Below are positions 63,255 through 64,000 of a stretch of 64,000 nt of DNA, piece after piece (the first letter of the stretch is position 1; each line of letters opens with the position of its first letter). The DNA is taken from the NCBI GenBank assembly GCA_963762565.1, contig CAVXLD010000001.1, forward strand, positions 1,339,331 to 1,403,330. The letters run 5' to 3'. The stretch comes from an uncultured Verrucomicrobiae bacterium. Its GTDB lineage: Bacteria > Verrucomicrobiota > Verrucomicrobiia > Chthoniobacterales > JAFAMB01. The notes under the pieces are model-generated. The model saw only the letters and a list, made by a program, of their open reading frames with translations. It ran no database searches and was not told where the DNA came from. The position numbers were made by a program, and so were the translations under genes.

Positions 63255-63861
63255 GCCTCCCCCACGCCGGGTGATCACGAATCATCTCCAGCGCCCGTTG
63301 CGTCAGACTCTTCCCCGGCTCGATCCGGTGCCACGGTGAGGCGCCGGACGGGTGTGGAAGCGGCACGATATCGAACCGATGTCCGAATTTTTCTAGGGTC
63401 CATTTGGTTCCAATTAAGTCGGTCAATGGCGGCACCGGTTGGATAAACTGGCCGATCGCTAATTTGCCGACTGGAATGATGAGTTCCGGAGACAGGATTT
63501 TTATTTCTGCAGCCAACCATTCGCTGCAATTCGCCACCTCTTCTTTGGATGGTACGCGATCACCCCCCACCGCGGTTTTACCGGGGAAACAGCGGCAAAC
63601 TGCCGCCATATATACCGTCGATCGGAAACAATCCTCATCGATACTTAAAGTGTCAGCGAACCATTTGAACATGGTCTTACCCGCTGTCCACGCGAACGGC
63701 CTTCCCAAGATTGGTTCTTTTACCCCGGGCGCTTGCCCCACCAAAATAACTCGACTGATAACGGCTCCACCGCTGACTGGTCCGGAAACCATGTTCGGAC
63801 ATTTGCGACATGCCCGCAGTGCGGTCACATGCCGGTTCAGACGAATGGTTAGGGCTTTCAT
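63241..63861 (-). CDS. Uracil-DNA glycosylase family protein
   Basis: CRKC, VGQAPG, RCFPG and LPHPSG motifs. Confidence 0.88.
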   Translation of the reverse strand: MKALTIRLNRHVTALRACRKCPNMVSGPVSGGAVISRVILVGQAPGVKEPILGRPFAWTAGKTMFKWFADTLSIDEDCFRSTVYMAAVCRCFPGKTAVGGDRVPSKEEVANCSEWLAAEIKILSPELIIPVGKLAIGQFIQPVPPLTDLIGTKWTLEKFGHRFDIVPLPHPSGASPWHRIEPGKSLTQRALEMIRDHPAWGRRCER

Positions 63862-64000
63862 TAATCCAGATTTGCGGCGGTATTCAAACAGTGTGACGAT
63901 ATGCGCCGGAATTGCAAAGCTGCTTGCGCAATCTTATGACCGGTGCGTAAGCTTGTCGCCGCGATAGCGGAGCGAAGGCGGAACCCCTGTCGCGTCGTAG

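Noticed and set aside
63862..64000. Partial gene at the window end
   Set aside because: No recognisable motif in any frame; too short to call.

Overview
A 64-kb chromosomal window of mostly housekeeping and accessory genes. The host is probably a Verrucomicrobiota (Chthoniobacterales-like) bacterium, inferred from the style of the proteins. Genes include glpX (partial), thuA, lgt, a Ski2-like helicase, a four-helix-bundle gene, bioB, a TIR-kinase-pseudokinase-FGE protein, a frameshifted DUF4062-TPR gene and kdpFABC with a kinase-less KdpD. The kdp locus sits behind a sigma54-type two-component system. The window also holds a sugar ABC transporter, dnaK-groES-groEL, tRNA-Ser(GGA), an ECF42/YCII pair, sugar catabolism genes, rho, yebC, typA, rdgB, leuS, a HisJ-type phosphatase, folP and a UDG-family gene. 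The most striking unexplained signal is non-coding. Many intergenic gaps carry inverted pairs of short tandem arrays (6-, 7-, 8- and 9-mer units) and GTAG/GGAG REP-like doublets, often nested. The heptamer arms carry inward-facing stop codons in all three frames, and five genes end inside such arrays. One heptamer pair brackets a four-helix-bundle (IVP/Avd-fold) gene with its own predicted promoter, and empty versions of that bracket occur elsewhere. This suggests an undescribed repeat-bounded cassette. I saw no transposase, integrase, reverse transcriptase or CRISPR array. All family calls come from motif recognition by eye, not from database searches.
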